The position numbers and the translations under genes were made by a program. The notes beneath the pieces were generated by a model. That model did no database searches. It was given only the letters and a program-made list of their open reading frames with translations, and was not told the DNA's origin. From an uncultured Oscillospiraceae bacterium (GTDB taxonomy: Bacteria > Bacillota > Clostridia > Oscillospirales > QAMX01): a DNA stretch of 64,000 nt. Position 1 is the stretch's first letter; every line of letters starts with the position of its first letter. The stretch is taken from positions 22,391 to 86,390 of the forward strand of contig CAYWVF010000006.1 in the NCBI GenBank assembly GCA_964461815.1, written 5' to 3'. Below, piece by piece: positions 20,295 to 29,223 of the stretch.

Positions 20295-21118
20295 CAATTT
20301 TCTGTCACGTAAAGCATTATCTTCGTAATGTATTCATTCTCATCACCCGTAGAAAGATAATCATTTATCGCAAATTCGTAGGAATCGGAGACGATATTCA
20401 GCCTATTCTCCTCGCAATAGCTTAATATTCGCTCATAAGAACGTCCGATAGAGGCATAATCCCCTATATGATAGGTACATACGCACTTCCCTGTCGGCAG
20501 CTCAACGAGTCCATCAATATTGAATAGCTTTTCGATAGGCAGAAATACATATGAAGCTTCCGTATATTTCTTATTTCTTATTCTATCATACGGAACAATA
20601 GCACCGCTCTGAAAAAAAACAGGGAGCTTTTCCTTGAAAGAGCGTGCAAAGCATTCCTTCGTTGCAATGCTGACCTGTTCCAATGAATACGGCTCATTTA
20701 CCTCGTGTACCAAAATGTACTGACTCTTTACGTCTTCAATCGTGACCGCTTCGCTGCGTTCACGTATCGACACAGCGTGCTCCAGTTGAACACAGCGATG
20801 CTCAACTCGACTTTTTATCATTTGCAGCTCTTCGATCTGCCGTTCGATAGCAGTCAGCTGCTTTCTCAATGCGACGATGGAATCCTCTATCGTATAGCTT
20901 TTCATATGAGCCTTGATCTCATCCAGTGAAAAGCCGATCCTCTTCATAATACAGATCGTGTCCAGATAATCAAGCTGCTTCACACTATAATAACGATACC
21001 CATTTTCGGGATCAACATAAGCGGGACAAAACAGACCAATCTTATCATAGAAGATCAACGTTTGACGGGAGATATTCTGCTGTTTTGAAAGCTCACCAAT
21101 GGAAAATAAATTTTTCAT
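20294..21118 (-). CDS. MerR-family regulator with GyrI-like effector domain (BltR/BmrR type)
   Basis: FSIGELSK...TLIFYDKIGL..P...NGYRYY; C-terminal H.GDY...YE. Start placed at ATG 21118. Confidence 0.9.
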   Translation of the reverse strand: MKNLFSIGELSKQQNISRQTLIFYDKIGLFCPAYVDPENGYRYYSVKQLDYLDTICIMKRIGFSLDEIKAHMKSYTIEDSIVALRKQLTAIERQIEELQMIKSRVEHRCVQLEHAVSIRERSEAVTIEDVKSQYILVHEVNEPYSLEQVSIATKECFARSFKEKLPVFFQSGAIVPYDRIRNKKYTEASYVFLPIEKLFNIDGLVELPTGKCVCTYHIGDYASIGRSYERILSYCEENRLNIVSDSYEFAINDYLSTGDENEYITKIMLYVTEN

Positions 21119-21126
21119 AAAACCTC

Positions 21127-21157
21127 TTGACATTATAGTTACTATACAGTTTATAAT
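21127..21157 (+). promoter_or_regulatory. MerR-type promoter/operator for yitT
   Basis: TTGACA-19 nt-TATAAT with the palindrome TATAGT-T-ACTATA (21134-46) in the spacer. Confidence 0.85.
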
Positions 21158-21198
21158 TATATCATAAAAGCACGCTGACATCAAGGAGGTTATTCAAA

Positions 21199-21846
21199 TT
21201 GAGTTCCGGCATAGCGACCCTTTGGGAAAAGATCACCGAGGATCTGACAGTAAAAAAAATACTGCTCTTATTACTCGGTGCAATGATCTGTTCCTTTGGC
21301 ATTCACAACATCCACCAACGTACTAACATAACGGAGGGTGGAATAATAGGGCTTATGCTCTTGATCGAGCACTGGCTTGAATTTTCACCGGCGTATATTA
21401 CACCCGTTTTAGATATTGCCTGCTATGCACTTGCATTTAAATTTTTAGGCTGGAAATTTATAAAGCTATCTATCATTTCAACACTGTTCATATCGGGCTT
21501 TTATAAGCTCTGGGAGCAGTTTCCTCCCATGCTTCCCGATCTGTCCGAGTATCCGCTGATCGCAGCTATCTTAGGCGGTATTTTTGTCGGCATAGGTGTC
21601 GGATTGATTATCAGACAGGGCGGTTCCAGCGGCGGTGACGACGCACTTGCATTGACGATCTCGCACCTGCTCCACTGGAAGCTGTCACGAGCTTACCTTT
21701 TTACCGACATTATCGTACTAATGCTGTCTCTGACGTACATACCTGTTAAAAGAATCGTTTTTTCGCTTATCACAGTAACAATATCCTCAAATTTGATCGA
21801 TGTAGTTAAGGATTTTAAGTTTAAAAAGAACGATAAAGCTTTGTAG
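21199..21846 (+). CDS. YitT family membrane protein
   Basis: TEGGIIG, GGSSGGDD repeat signature, about 6 TM helices. TTG start after AGGAGG. Confidence 0.85.
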   Translation: MSSGIATLWEKITEDLTVKKILLLLLGAMICSFGIHNIHQRTNITEGGIIGLMLLIEHWLEFSPAYITPVLDIACYALAFKFLGWKFIKLSIISTLFISGFYKLWEQFPPMLPDLSEYPLIAAILGGIFVGIGVGLIIRQGGSSGGDDALALTISHLLHWKLSRAYLFTDIIVLMLSLTYIPVKRIVFSLITVTISSNLIDVVKDFKFKKNDKAL

Positions 21847-21882
21847 GCTTAATATTATCTAAAAAAAGCATTGATCTCCGTC

Positions 21883-21922
21883 TTAACCGACCCCCAAAGA
21901 GCTGTTTCTTGGGGGTAGTTCA
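21883..21922. mobile_element. Miniature IS3-family-like inverted-repeat remnant
   Basis: TTAACCGACCCCCAAAG ... CTTGGGGGTAGTTCA. The right end read on the minus strand is TGAACTACCCCCAAG, resembling IS3/IS150 TG...CA termini. No transposase present. Confidence 0.45.
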
Positions 21923-21963
21923 TTTTTACAGGCGGTCTTTTTATATTTTTTCTTTGAAATCCA

Positions 21964-22006
21964 TTGACTTTACTCGGATAAAGAGTATAATAGAATTAGC
22001 GTTCTA
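21964..22006 (+). promoter_or_regulatory. Sigma-A promoter and candidate TetR operator
   Basis: TTGACT-16-TATAAT followed by the palindrome TAGAA-N6-TTCTA. Confidence 0.5.
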
Positions 22007-22049
22007 GAATAAACATCGCAGAACATGCATATTCATAAGGAGTGTTGTC

Positions 22050-22643
22050 ATGCCACCGAAACCGAAATTTACAAGAGCAGAGATCATTGATGCTGCATTG
22101 AGCGTTGTATCGCAGGATGGGATCAATGCACTGACCGCAAAATCACTTGGAAACGCGCTGAACACCTCTGCAACTCCAATCTTCACAGTATTCAACTCCA
22201 TGCAGGAAGTACAGGACGAGGTCAAGACTGCTGCAATGGAGCGGTTTGAATCTTATGTTCACAAGACTGATACGGATATGCCGATCTTCAAACAGGTCGG
22301 TATGCAGATGATCTCATTTGCCAAGGAAGAACCGAATCTATATCAGCTTGTTTTCATGTCACAAAACAGTGATGTGAAGTCTTTTTCCGATATCTACGCT
22401 CATCTCGGCAGTGTTGTCGATGAATGTCTGAATACGATCAGAGAGAATTACGACTTGTCTGTCGAGGACGCTAAGACGCTTTTTGAGCACTCCTGGATTC
22501 ATACCTACGGGATCGGTACGCTTTGTGCCACGGGAACATGTGATTTCACGCAGGAAGAAATATCCATGATGTTGACGCGGGATTTTACAGCCATGATGAT
22601 GTTGTTAAAAAAACATGGAGGAACGAATAAATGGAATACATAA
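22050..22643 (+). CDS. TetR/AcrR-family regulator
   Basis: MPPKPKFTRAEII N-terminal HTH; WIHTYG (WHG-like) C-terminal domain. Confidence 0.88.
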   Translation: MPPKPKFTRAEIIDAALSVVSQDGINALTAKSLGNALNTSATPIFTVFNSMQEVQDEVKTAAMERFESYVHKTDTDMPIFKQVGMQMISFAKEEPNLYQLVFMSQNSDVKSFSDIYAHLGSVVDECLNTIRENYDLSVEDAKTLFEHSWIHTYGIGTLCATGTCDFTQEEISMMLTRDFTAMMMLLKKHGGTNKWNT

Positions 22644-23401
22644 AGGTGACAAACGAAAATCTGGAAAGTGAGCATATTTGCTGTGCTATTTCCGGTAATA
22701 ATGACATCCAGGTATCCTCCAAAAAGGCGTGGCTGAAAGAGTGCTTTGATGACGGACTTGTTTTTCTGAAAAGCACTGAGCGTGGAAAATGCTTTATTGA
22801 GTATATCCCTGCCGAAAATGCATGGAATCCGATCGATGCAGACGGCTATCTTTACATCGACTGTCTGTGGGTGTCCGGCTCATTCAAGGGGCATGGGTAT
22901 TCCACTGACCTGCTGAATGCATGTATCGAGGACGCAAGGGCAGGAAAGAAATATGGCCTTTGCATTTTAGCGGCGGCAAAGAAAAAGCCGTTTCTCGCCG
23001 ATCCAAAGTTCCTGAAATACAAAGGCTTTACAGCTTGTGACGAATCAGATAATGGTATCCAACTTTGGTATTTACCTATTACAGAAAATGCTCCTGTGCC
23101 GAAATTCAAGCCGTGTGCAAAGCATCCGCACGTTGATGAGAACGGTTATGTACTGTATTACACCAGCCAATGCCCGTTCAATGCGAAATACGTTCCCATC
23201 ATAGAAGCTATCGCAAAGGAAAGATCAGTGTCGTTTCACGCAATTCATCTAAAAAGTAAGGAGCAGGCGCAGAATGCTCCCACGCCGATCACAACCTATG
23301 CTCTCTTTCATAACGGCGAGTACCTGACCAATGAGCAGATGAACGACAAGCGTTTTCTGAAACTGCTTGAGAAAGAAAGTGAAATAGAAAATGAACAGTA
23401 A
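22631..23401 (+). CDS. GNAT N-acetyltransferase with YoaP domain
   Basis: EHICCAI, FIEYIPAE, CLWVSGSFKGHGY, QCPF, AQNAPTP. Confidence 0.85.
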   Translation: MEYIKVTNENLESEHICCAISGNNDIQVSSKKAWLKECFDDGLVFLKSTERGKCFIEYIPAENAWNPIDADGYLYIDCLWVSGSFKGHGYSTDLLNACIEDARAGKKYGLCILAAAKKKPFLADPKFLKYKGFTACDESDNGIQLWYLPITENAPVPKFKPCAKHPHVDENGYVLYYTSQCPFNAKYVPIIEAIAKERSVSFHAIHLKSKEQAQNAPTPITTYALFHNGEYLTNEQMNDKRFLKLLEKESEIENEQ

Positions 23402-23561
23402 TGTAGCGGTTAGGTTATTACTTGCAGCCGGTGTGCTGATGCTGCTTGCAGGCTGTATCTTTGGCTTCACACAGCAATGGATCTATGCAGCATTGGTGTG
23501 GGTCGGTGCGTTTGGCTGTCTGGTTGTAGCCTTGAACTTCAAAAATCGAAAAGATAAATAG
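23391..23561 (+). CDS. Small two-TM membrane protein (56 aa)
   Basis: Not in the ORF track. MNSNVAVRLLLAAGVLMLLAGCIFGFTQQWIYAALVWVGAFGCLVVALNFKNRKDK; overlaps the yoaP-like stop; basic C-terminal tail. Confidence 0.65.
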   Translation: MNSNVAVRLLLAAGVLMLLAGCIFGFTQQWIYAALVWVGAFGCLVVALNFKNRKDK

Positions 23562-23579
23562 CAAAAAGGAGAAAACGCA

Positions 23580-23802
23580 CCCAAAAACAGGGTCAAAGCG
23601 ATTTGGTACTGTTTGATGCTGAATATGTGTACTGAGAACTTCTTCCCGGCATTCGGCAACAATGTCCGGCTATAGTGTCTTGGTGCGGCATTGTGGTCGT
23701 TCGTTCCTATTTGCATTTTTATGGTTGATGGGAATAGGCGTTTGCATGATTTTCCGTGCAAATCGGCACATTTGGAGCGTTGAATCCGATATAGAACGAT
23801 AG
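23580..23802 (+). pseudogene. Possible degraded membrane-protein gene fragment
   Basis: Hydrophobic coding-like pieces in two frames (CLGAALWSFVPICIFM; LMGIGVCMIFRANRHIWS) interrupted by a TAG and a frameshift. Confidence 0.3.
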
Positions 23803-23835
23803 CAGTCGATATATTTTCCTTAAAATATGTATTAA

Positions 23836-23868
23836 AAAACGGTGTGACCATTGCGGTCACACCGTTTT
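23836..23868. terminator. Bidirectional intrinsic terminator
   Basis: AAAACGGTGTGACC / GGTCACACCGTTTT perfect 14-bp stem. Confidence 0.8.
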
Positions 23869-23934
23869 ATGTCTCAATACGAGGCAAAAACAGCAACACT
23901 ATTTTGTCCCGATTTATGCCGTTTGTCTGCTAAA

Positions 23935-24678
23935 TTATGCAAGGCCCTTTTCTGTGATGATCTTCATAGCTGCTTCGTCAGCAATGAGTGTTACATCGGG
24001 ATGGAGCTGCAGAATGGAAGCCGGTACTTCAGGTGTAATATCACCGTATACGGACTTGTAGAGGATCTCAGCCTTGTCTTCGCCGCTTACGATAAATACT
24101 ATCTTCTTAGCCTGCATGATCTCACGCATACCCATTGTCAGAGCCTTACGCGGAACATCGTTTGCGGAAGCGAAGAAACGCTTGTTAGCTTCGATCGTCA
24201 TTTCTGTAAGTGCAACACAGTTTGTACCCTTTGAGAAATGATCGCTCGGCTCATTAAAGCCGATATGACCATCATGACCAAGGCCCAGAAGCTGGAGGTC
24301 GATTCCACCCATAGAAGCGATGAGCTCGTCATATGCCTTAAGCTCAGCATCAATGTCAGCAGCCATACCGTTCGGAAGATGTGTGTTTTCCGGAGCGATA
24401 TTTATTTTATCAAAGAAATTTGTATGCATGTAGTAATAGTAGCTCTGGTCATTATCTCTCGGGAGTCCAACGTACTCGTCAAGGTTTACTGTACGGCAAC
24501 CTGAAAAATCAACGTCTTCTGCCTTATTCTTTTCGATAAGAGCATTATATGTTCCCAGAGGTGTGGAACCTGTTGCGAAACCGAAAAGGCTTGTCGGCTT
24601 TACGATAGCCTGTGCAGCGATAATGTTAGCAGCATACTTGCTCATCTCATCGTAACATTTTGTTTTAATGATCTTCAT
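23935..24678 (-). CDS. nagB: Glucosamine-6-phosphate deaminase
   Basis: GFATGSTP, NLDEYVGL, GGIDLQLLGLGHDGHIGFNEP, PASILQLH. Start placed at 24678. Confidence 0.95.
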   Translation of the reverse strand: MKIIKTKCYDEMSKYAANIIAAQAIVKPTSLFGFATGSTPLGTYNALIEKNKAEDVDFSGCRTVNLDEYVGLPRDNDQSYYYYMHTNFFDKINIAPENTHLPNGMAADIDAELKAYDELIASMGGIDLQLLGLGHDGHIGFNEPSDHFSKGTNCVALTEMTIEANKRFFASANDVPRKALTMGMREIMQAKKIVFIVSGEDKAEILYKSVYGDITPEVPASILQLHPDVTLIADEAAMKIITEKGLA

Positions 24679-24784
24679 TACTATCCATCCTTTACTATAT
24701 ATAATATATAAGTTCATTTTGTCGCTGTTATTATTATACACCTAAAACGCATCATTGTAAAGTATAATAAAGGTAAGTTTTTAT

Positions 24785-25540
24785 TTAAAAATTTGAGAAA
24801 AATCTGTATTCTTGACCGTCCTGCGAAAATTTATGCTGTCTGACGTCGAATACCTGCTCGATAATACCACTTTCTGCACATTCTACTGCTTTTCCCTCGA
24901 ATTTCACCGAGCCCTCATCTATCACTACAATTCTGTCAGAGACTCTTACCGCCTGTGTCAGATCGTGCATTATCATAAGTATCGTTTTTTTGCCCTTTAA
25001 AGCAGATATCATATTTAAAAACGACGCTTCGTACCGAATATCCATATATGTCGTAGGCTCATCAAGCACTATCATATCGGTATCCTGTGCAAGTATCATA
25101 GCAAAAAACGCCTTTTGCTGTTCGCCGCCCGACAAAGTATTTACCATCCTGTGTCTCAGAGCGTCTATGCCCGTATATTTAATAGCATTTTCAACATGCA
25201 TCAGATCATTTTCCGACATTCGACCGCTTACATCCAGATACGGAGAACGACCGAAGCTTACAAGCTCATATACACTTATATCGGGAGAAGGCAGCTTCTG
25301 CGGAAGTATCGCAAGCTGTCTTGCACGTTCCTTGACATTGATACGCATGATATCACTGTCATTAACGGTTATTCTTCCCTTGTACTGTATCATTCGGTTT
25401 ATGCATGACACTATCGATGATTTTCCGCATCCGTTTTTACCGATCAACGTTGTTATCTCGCCTTTACACGCTGTAAAGCTCACATTTTCAAGCACCATTT
25501 TACTGCCGTACGAAACAGCAAGCTCTTTTATTTTAAGCAT
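24785..25540 (-). CDS. Fe-siderophore/heme/cobalamin ABC transporter ATPase
   Basis: GKNGCGKS, GRSPY, LSGGEQQK, LDEPT, MHDL. Confidence 0.9.
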   Translation of the reverse strand: MLKIKELAVSYGSKMVLENVSFTACKGEITTLIGKNGCGKSSIVSCINRMIQYKGRITVNDSDIMRINVKERARQLAILPQKLPSPDISVYELVSFGRSPYLDVSGRMSENDLMHVENAIKYTGIDALRHRMVNTLSGGEQQKAFFAMILAQDTDMIVLDEPTTYMDIRYEASFLNMISALKGKKTILMIMHDLTQAVRVSDRIVVIDEGSVKFEGKAVECAESGIIEQVFDVRQHKFSQDGQEYRFFSNF

Positions 25541-26537
25541 CTGTACTTTTTCTCTCCTTTATCAGAAGAATAAAGAAAAAGGGAGCTCCAATCAGCGACA
25601 TGATTATTCCTACAGGTATCTCTGTCGGTGCAAAAAGTACTCTTCCCATAAGATCAGCGATCAAAACAAGTAAACTTCCAACAAGTGCGCTCGTGATGAG
25701 CATATATCTTGTATTATTGCCGACCAGTCGCCTTGAAATATGCGGAACGATAAGTCCGACAAAGCCCAGCAGTCCTGCAAAGCTCACTACTGCCGCCGCT
25801 GCTGCGGAAGCGCATATAAGGCATCCCATGCGTAACGCTTTTACCCTGACACCTACCGACTGAGCCATACTGTCTCCAAGACAGAGCAGATCTATTTTTT
25901 TCGAATAAACAAGTGCGACAATAAAGCACATGATAATTATTATCGTCGGCAATATCATTTCATCAATATCCGCACCTGCGAAGCCGCCCACGGAAAAATA
26001 ATTATACGATGCCAAAACATCAGTATCAAGCATTGAGATAAACGATATTCCGGCATTGAGTATAGCCTGAACTGCAATACCTGCAAGTATTACCGTCATT
26101 TTTGATGAACCGATCCTGTTCGCTATGGCAAGTATGATCAGCGTAGTTGAAAAGGCTCCGGCAAATGCTGCGACAGGCAGTCCCACAAAAGCAGTAGGTA
26201 CAAAGTACAACAGTAATATCACCGCAAAGCCTGCACCTGCATTTATACCTATTATATTCGGACTCGCCAATGCATTATTCGTTACACTCTGGAGCAGCAC
26301 ACCTGCCAGCGACAAACCTATCCCCGACAATATTGCCGCAACTACCCTTGGCAGGCGAACATTATATATTATTATAGATTGAGTGATGCTGTCATCTCGT
26401 TTGAGTACTCCGTTAATAAAAGCATCCCATCCCATATCTGCACTTCCAAAACGCAGCGATACAAGAACAGCAAAGATAAGTACTAAAAAGGCACACAGCA
26501 TCCCTCTCGTACTTCTCATAAAAAATCTATTCTTCAT
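25533..26537 (-). CDS. FecCD/BtuC family ABC permease
   Basis: RLPRV, NALASPNIIG, A.SVGV, GFVGLIVPH, EIPVG. Confidence 0.92.
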   Translation of the reverse strand: MKNRFFMRSTRGMLCAFLVLIFAVLVSLRFGSADMGWDAFINGVLKRDDSITQSIIIYNVRLPRVVAAILSGIGLSLAGVLLQSVTNNALASPNIIGINAGAGFAVILLLYFVPTAFVGLPVAAFAGAFSTTLIILAIANRIGSSKMTVILAGIAVQAILNAGISFISMLDTDVLASYNYFSVGGFAGADIDEMILPTIIIIMCFIVALVYSKKIDLLCLGDSMAQSVGVRVKALRMGCLICASAAAAAVVSFAGLLGFVGLIVPHISRRLVGNNTRYMLITSALVGSLLVLIADLMGRVLFAPTEIPVGIIMSLIGAPFFFILLIKERKSTDA

Positions 26538-27489
26538 ACTTTGTTTCCGAATACAAAAGCTCTATAAGATACTCATATGCTTCTGCCCATCTGCTGTTTG
26601 GTTTGTATTGAAACAGCTCCTTCGGCAAATAGCAGTAATTTCCATTCTGCACTGCTGTCAAGCTGCTCCACTCTTCACTTTCGAGCACACTGTCCATGTA
26701 CTTCTTTGCCGCAAGCTCGTCACCCATTGTCGATATGAATATGTACTCAGGATCCTCTGTCAAAATTTCCTCAATACTCAGTCCATCAAGCAGTACGGGA
26801 GCAGTCTCAGCTATATTGTATGTCCCAAGCTCCTTTAGCATCGCACAAGCAAAATGGTTTTCTGCCACCTTAGCCTTTGCAGAGCTCTGCTTCGAACCGG
26901 AGCGAATAAACAGTATCTTCTTTTCTTCGGTATTCTTTCCATCTATCGAGGAAAGAAGCTCATTTATCCTGTTTTCCACATTGACACCGTATTCCCGATA
27001 ATTCTCCGGTGTACCCATAATATCGGTAAATATCTTTAAGACATCAAGGTAATCTTCAAATGTCTCCACTCGCAAAACAGCGCACGGTATTCCCGACGAT
27101 CTCATAAGCTCAGCCGTTTCAAGCTGTGCGGCTATATCCGACGAGCATATAACAAGATCAGGCTCGTAGGATATCAGCAGTTCATTATCGATCGTCTTGC
27201 CTGCTCCATCATCTACAAGCAGTGCTTCATCATCCGCAAAGCCACGTTCAACGCTTTCGCCCACCGTTATCGGCACATCACCGCCTGCCGTTGTCCATAT
27301 ATCGGCAAAGGATGACAGCAGTACCGCAGTTCTCTGAGGCTTCTGCTTCAGCTCCACATTATTTCCGAGATGATCGGTAAACGTATAATAATTTTCACTT
27401 TCCGCTTTATTCTCTACAACTACTGAGGCGCATGAAGATAGCAGCAGTATTGCAAAAAATATTGCAAACAGAAGCTTTCTCTTACCCAT
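26527..27489 (-). CDS. ABC substrate-binding lipoprotein (BtuF/FecB class)
   Basis: Lipobox LSSC, TFTDHLG, PQR, EPDLVI, W..LTAVQNG. Confidence 0.88.
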   Translation of the reverse strand: MGKRKLLFAIFFAILLLSSCASVVVENKAESENYYTFTDHLGNNVELKQKPQRTAVLLSSFADIWTTAGGDVPITVGESVERGFADDEALLVDDGAGKTIDNELLISYEPDLVICSSDIAAQLETAELMRSSGIPCAVLRVETFEDYLDVLKIFTDIMGTPENYREYGVNVENRINELLSSIDGKNTEEKKILFIRSGSKQSSAKAKVAENHFACAMLKELGTYNIAETAPVLLDGLSIEEILTEDPEYIFISTMGDELAAKKYMDSVLESEEWSSLTAVQNGNYCYLPKELFQYKPNSRWAEAYEYLIELLYSETKYEE

Positions 27490-28405
27490 TGATTATTGCA
27501 TCCTTACGTGTGAGCAGCTCATCCGACAATATCTGTGACTGCGCCGTTTCAAAGCTTATACGCTCGACCATATCAGCAAAACGTTCTCCCGCTATTCCCT
27601 GCTCTTTAAATAAAAGTATTGCTTTCTCAACGGCATCAAGAACCTCGCCCTCTGTCTTGAAAATATGCTCCAGACGTTTTCCTCTTGCAACCTTTTTACC
27701 CCATCTGCCGCCAATATACATCGCATAGCCGCCTGTATACTCATCAAAGGCATGGAACGGGCATTTATTTATGCAGCGTCCGCAGTTGTTGCATTCATTT
27801 TTGTCAACAGATATCTTGCCGTCAACAGCTCTTGCAGCCTTGATCGGACATGCTTTTTCTATCTGACAGACCTTACAGCCTTTACACTTATCAAAATTGA
27901 TCTCATGCATACGCTGACCGATAATACCGATATCGTTCAGATCCGGCTTTACACAGTTGTTCGGACATCCTCCGACAGCGATCTTAAACTTGTGCGGGAG
28001 CTTTACACTCCTGTAGCCCTTATAAAATCTGTAGTGTATCTTTTCCGAAAGTCCGAATGTATCGATCAAACCAAACACACATGTCGTACCCTTACAGGAT
28101 ACTACAGGTCGTACCTTTGGTCCTGTGCCGCCTGTCTCAAGTCCGTACTGATCGAGATACTCAATAAGTGAATCGATATTTGCATATGGTATACGCTGTA
28201 TTTCTATCGTCTGACGTGTTGTCATCGCTATCTCTCCGCTTCCGAATTTCTCGGCAGCATCGGCTATTGCTCTACTTTCGGCAGACGTGATCTTTCCGTT
28301 TCTTGTAATAACACGGCAGTTAAAGCAGTCCTCCGTCGTTTTGTCACGAAGGAAGCCCATACCCTTGACCCTTGCAATATCACTGTCAAGCAACATCGTA
28401 CTCAT
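27482..28405 (-). CDS. Nitrite/sulfite reductase-like 4Fe-4S protein (AsrC/Dsr-like)
   Basis: TTRQ, CKGTTC, PHKFKIAVGGCPNNC siroheme-[4Fe-4S] site, ferredoxin insert CKGCKVC...C and CNNCGRC...CP, GGRWG. Confidence 0.85.
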   Translation of the reverse strand: MSTMLLDSDIARVKGMGFLRDKTTEDCFNCRVITRNGKITSAESRAIADAAEKFGSGEIAMTTRQTIEIQRIPYANIDSLIEYLDQYGLETGGTGPKVRPVVSCKGTTCVFGLIDTFGLSEKIHYRFYKGYRSVKLPHKFKIAVGGCPNNCVKPDLNDIGIIGQRMHEINFDKCKGCKVCQIEKACPIKAARAVDGKISVDKNECNNCGRCINKCPFHAFDEYTGGYAMYIGGRWGKKVARGKRLEHIFKTEGEVLDAVEKAILLFKEQGIAGERFADMVERISFETAQSQILSDELLTRKDAIING

Positions 28406-28415
28406 TATAAAAACC

Positions 28416-29096
28416 TCACAATATATTCTTATTTATCCTTGATTCCACGCTCATCATGAACCGATATTGATTTTTGAGCAGGATCAGGTCGTTTTTCAAA
28501 ACATCCGCAAGTCTGTCCGAATATAGCAGCTCAAAATCCTCGCTGTTTTTTATAAAGCATATGTCTTTTCTGTCAAGCCACTGTGACATGCGTTCTCCGT
28601 ACTGCGTATACTTGGGACGCTTATACATTTCGCCCTCAAGTGTAAATACATCCTGCTTGTAAAATGAGTCGAATGCCTCCTCGGCGATCGGCTCGCCATC
28701 TATCAGCATCTCACGGAACAGCTTCATCTTCTCCGTACCTGTACAGTAGTAGCCGCAGCCATAGCGAAAGCCCCACAAGCCTATCTCAAAGAAAAATCCC
28801 GGCAGACCATCCGCAAGCTTTTTATCACGAATAAATGTCAGCCACATATTGCTTCTGTAGAGTGACTTATCCTTAGTGAAGCGTGTATCTCTGTATATCC
28901 TGCTGAGCGCACGTCTCGGCTCTACAATGAATGCGCTGTCTATTTCCAGCATTATCGGTGTTAGCTCATCGCAAAGCTTGTAAAACGGCTCACGGACATA
29001 TTTTTTATACTCAGCTTCATGCTCATGAAACCAATTTTTGTCACCTCTGAGCTTATTTTCAGCTAAAAAATCCAATGTTTCCTGTGAAAACGCCAT
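28416..29096 (-). CDS. DUF2461 (TIGR02453) family protein
   Basis: FLAEN...KNWFHEH..EY and RIYRDTRFTKDKSLY. Start could be 29117. Confidence 0.8.
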   Translation of the reverse strand: MAFSQETLDFLAENKLRGDKNWFHEHEAEYKKYVREPFYKLCDELTPIMLEIDSAFIVEPRRALSRIYRDTRFTKDKSLYRSNMWLTFIRDKKLADGLPGFFFEIGLWGFRYGCGYYCTGTEKMKLFREMLIDGEPIAEEAFDSFYKQDVFTLEGEMYKRPKYTQYGERMSQWLDRKDICFIKNSEDFELLYSDRLADVLKNDLILLKNQYRFMMSVESRINKNIL

Positions 29097-29187
29097 ATTC
29101 GCACAGTTCACTCCCATATAAGTATTTCTACGATATTATATCATATTTTACGCAAAAACACAATACATTCATGTTTTTCTACATAAA

Positions 29188-29219
29188 AAGCAGACGTTGT
29201 CAGCTAACAACGTCTGCTT
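29188..29219 (-). terminator. Terminator after spoIVA
   Basis: AAGCAGACGTTGT / ACAACGTCTGCTT stem with a minus-strand T-tract. Confidence 0.8.
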
Positions 29220-29223
29220 GCTT

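Noticed and set aside
23483-24234. ORFs 23483-23860 (-) and 23851-24234 (+)
   Set aside because: Both start within a terminator hairpin and overlap real genes antisense.
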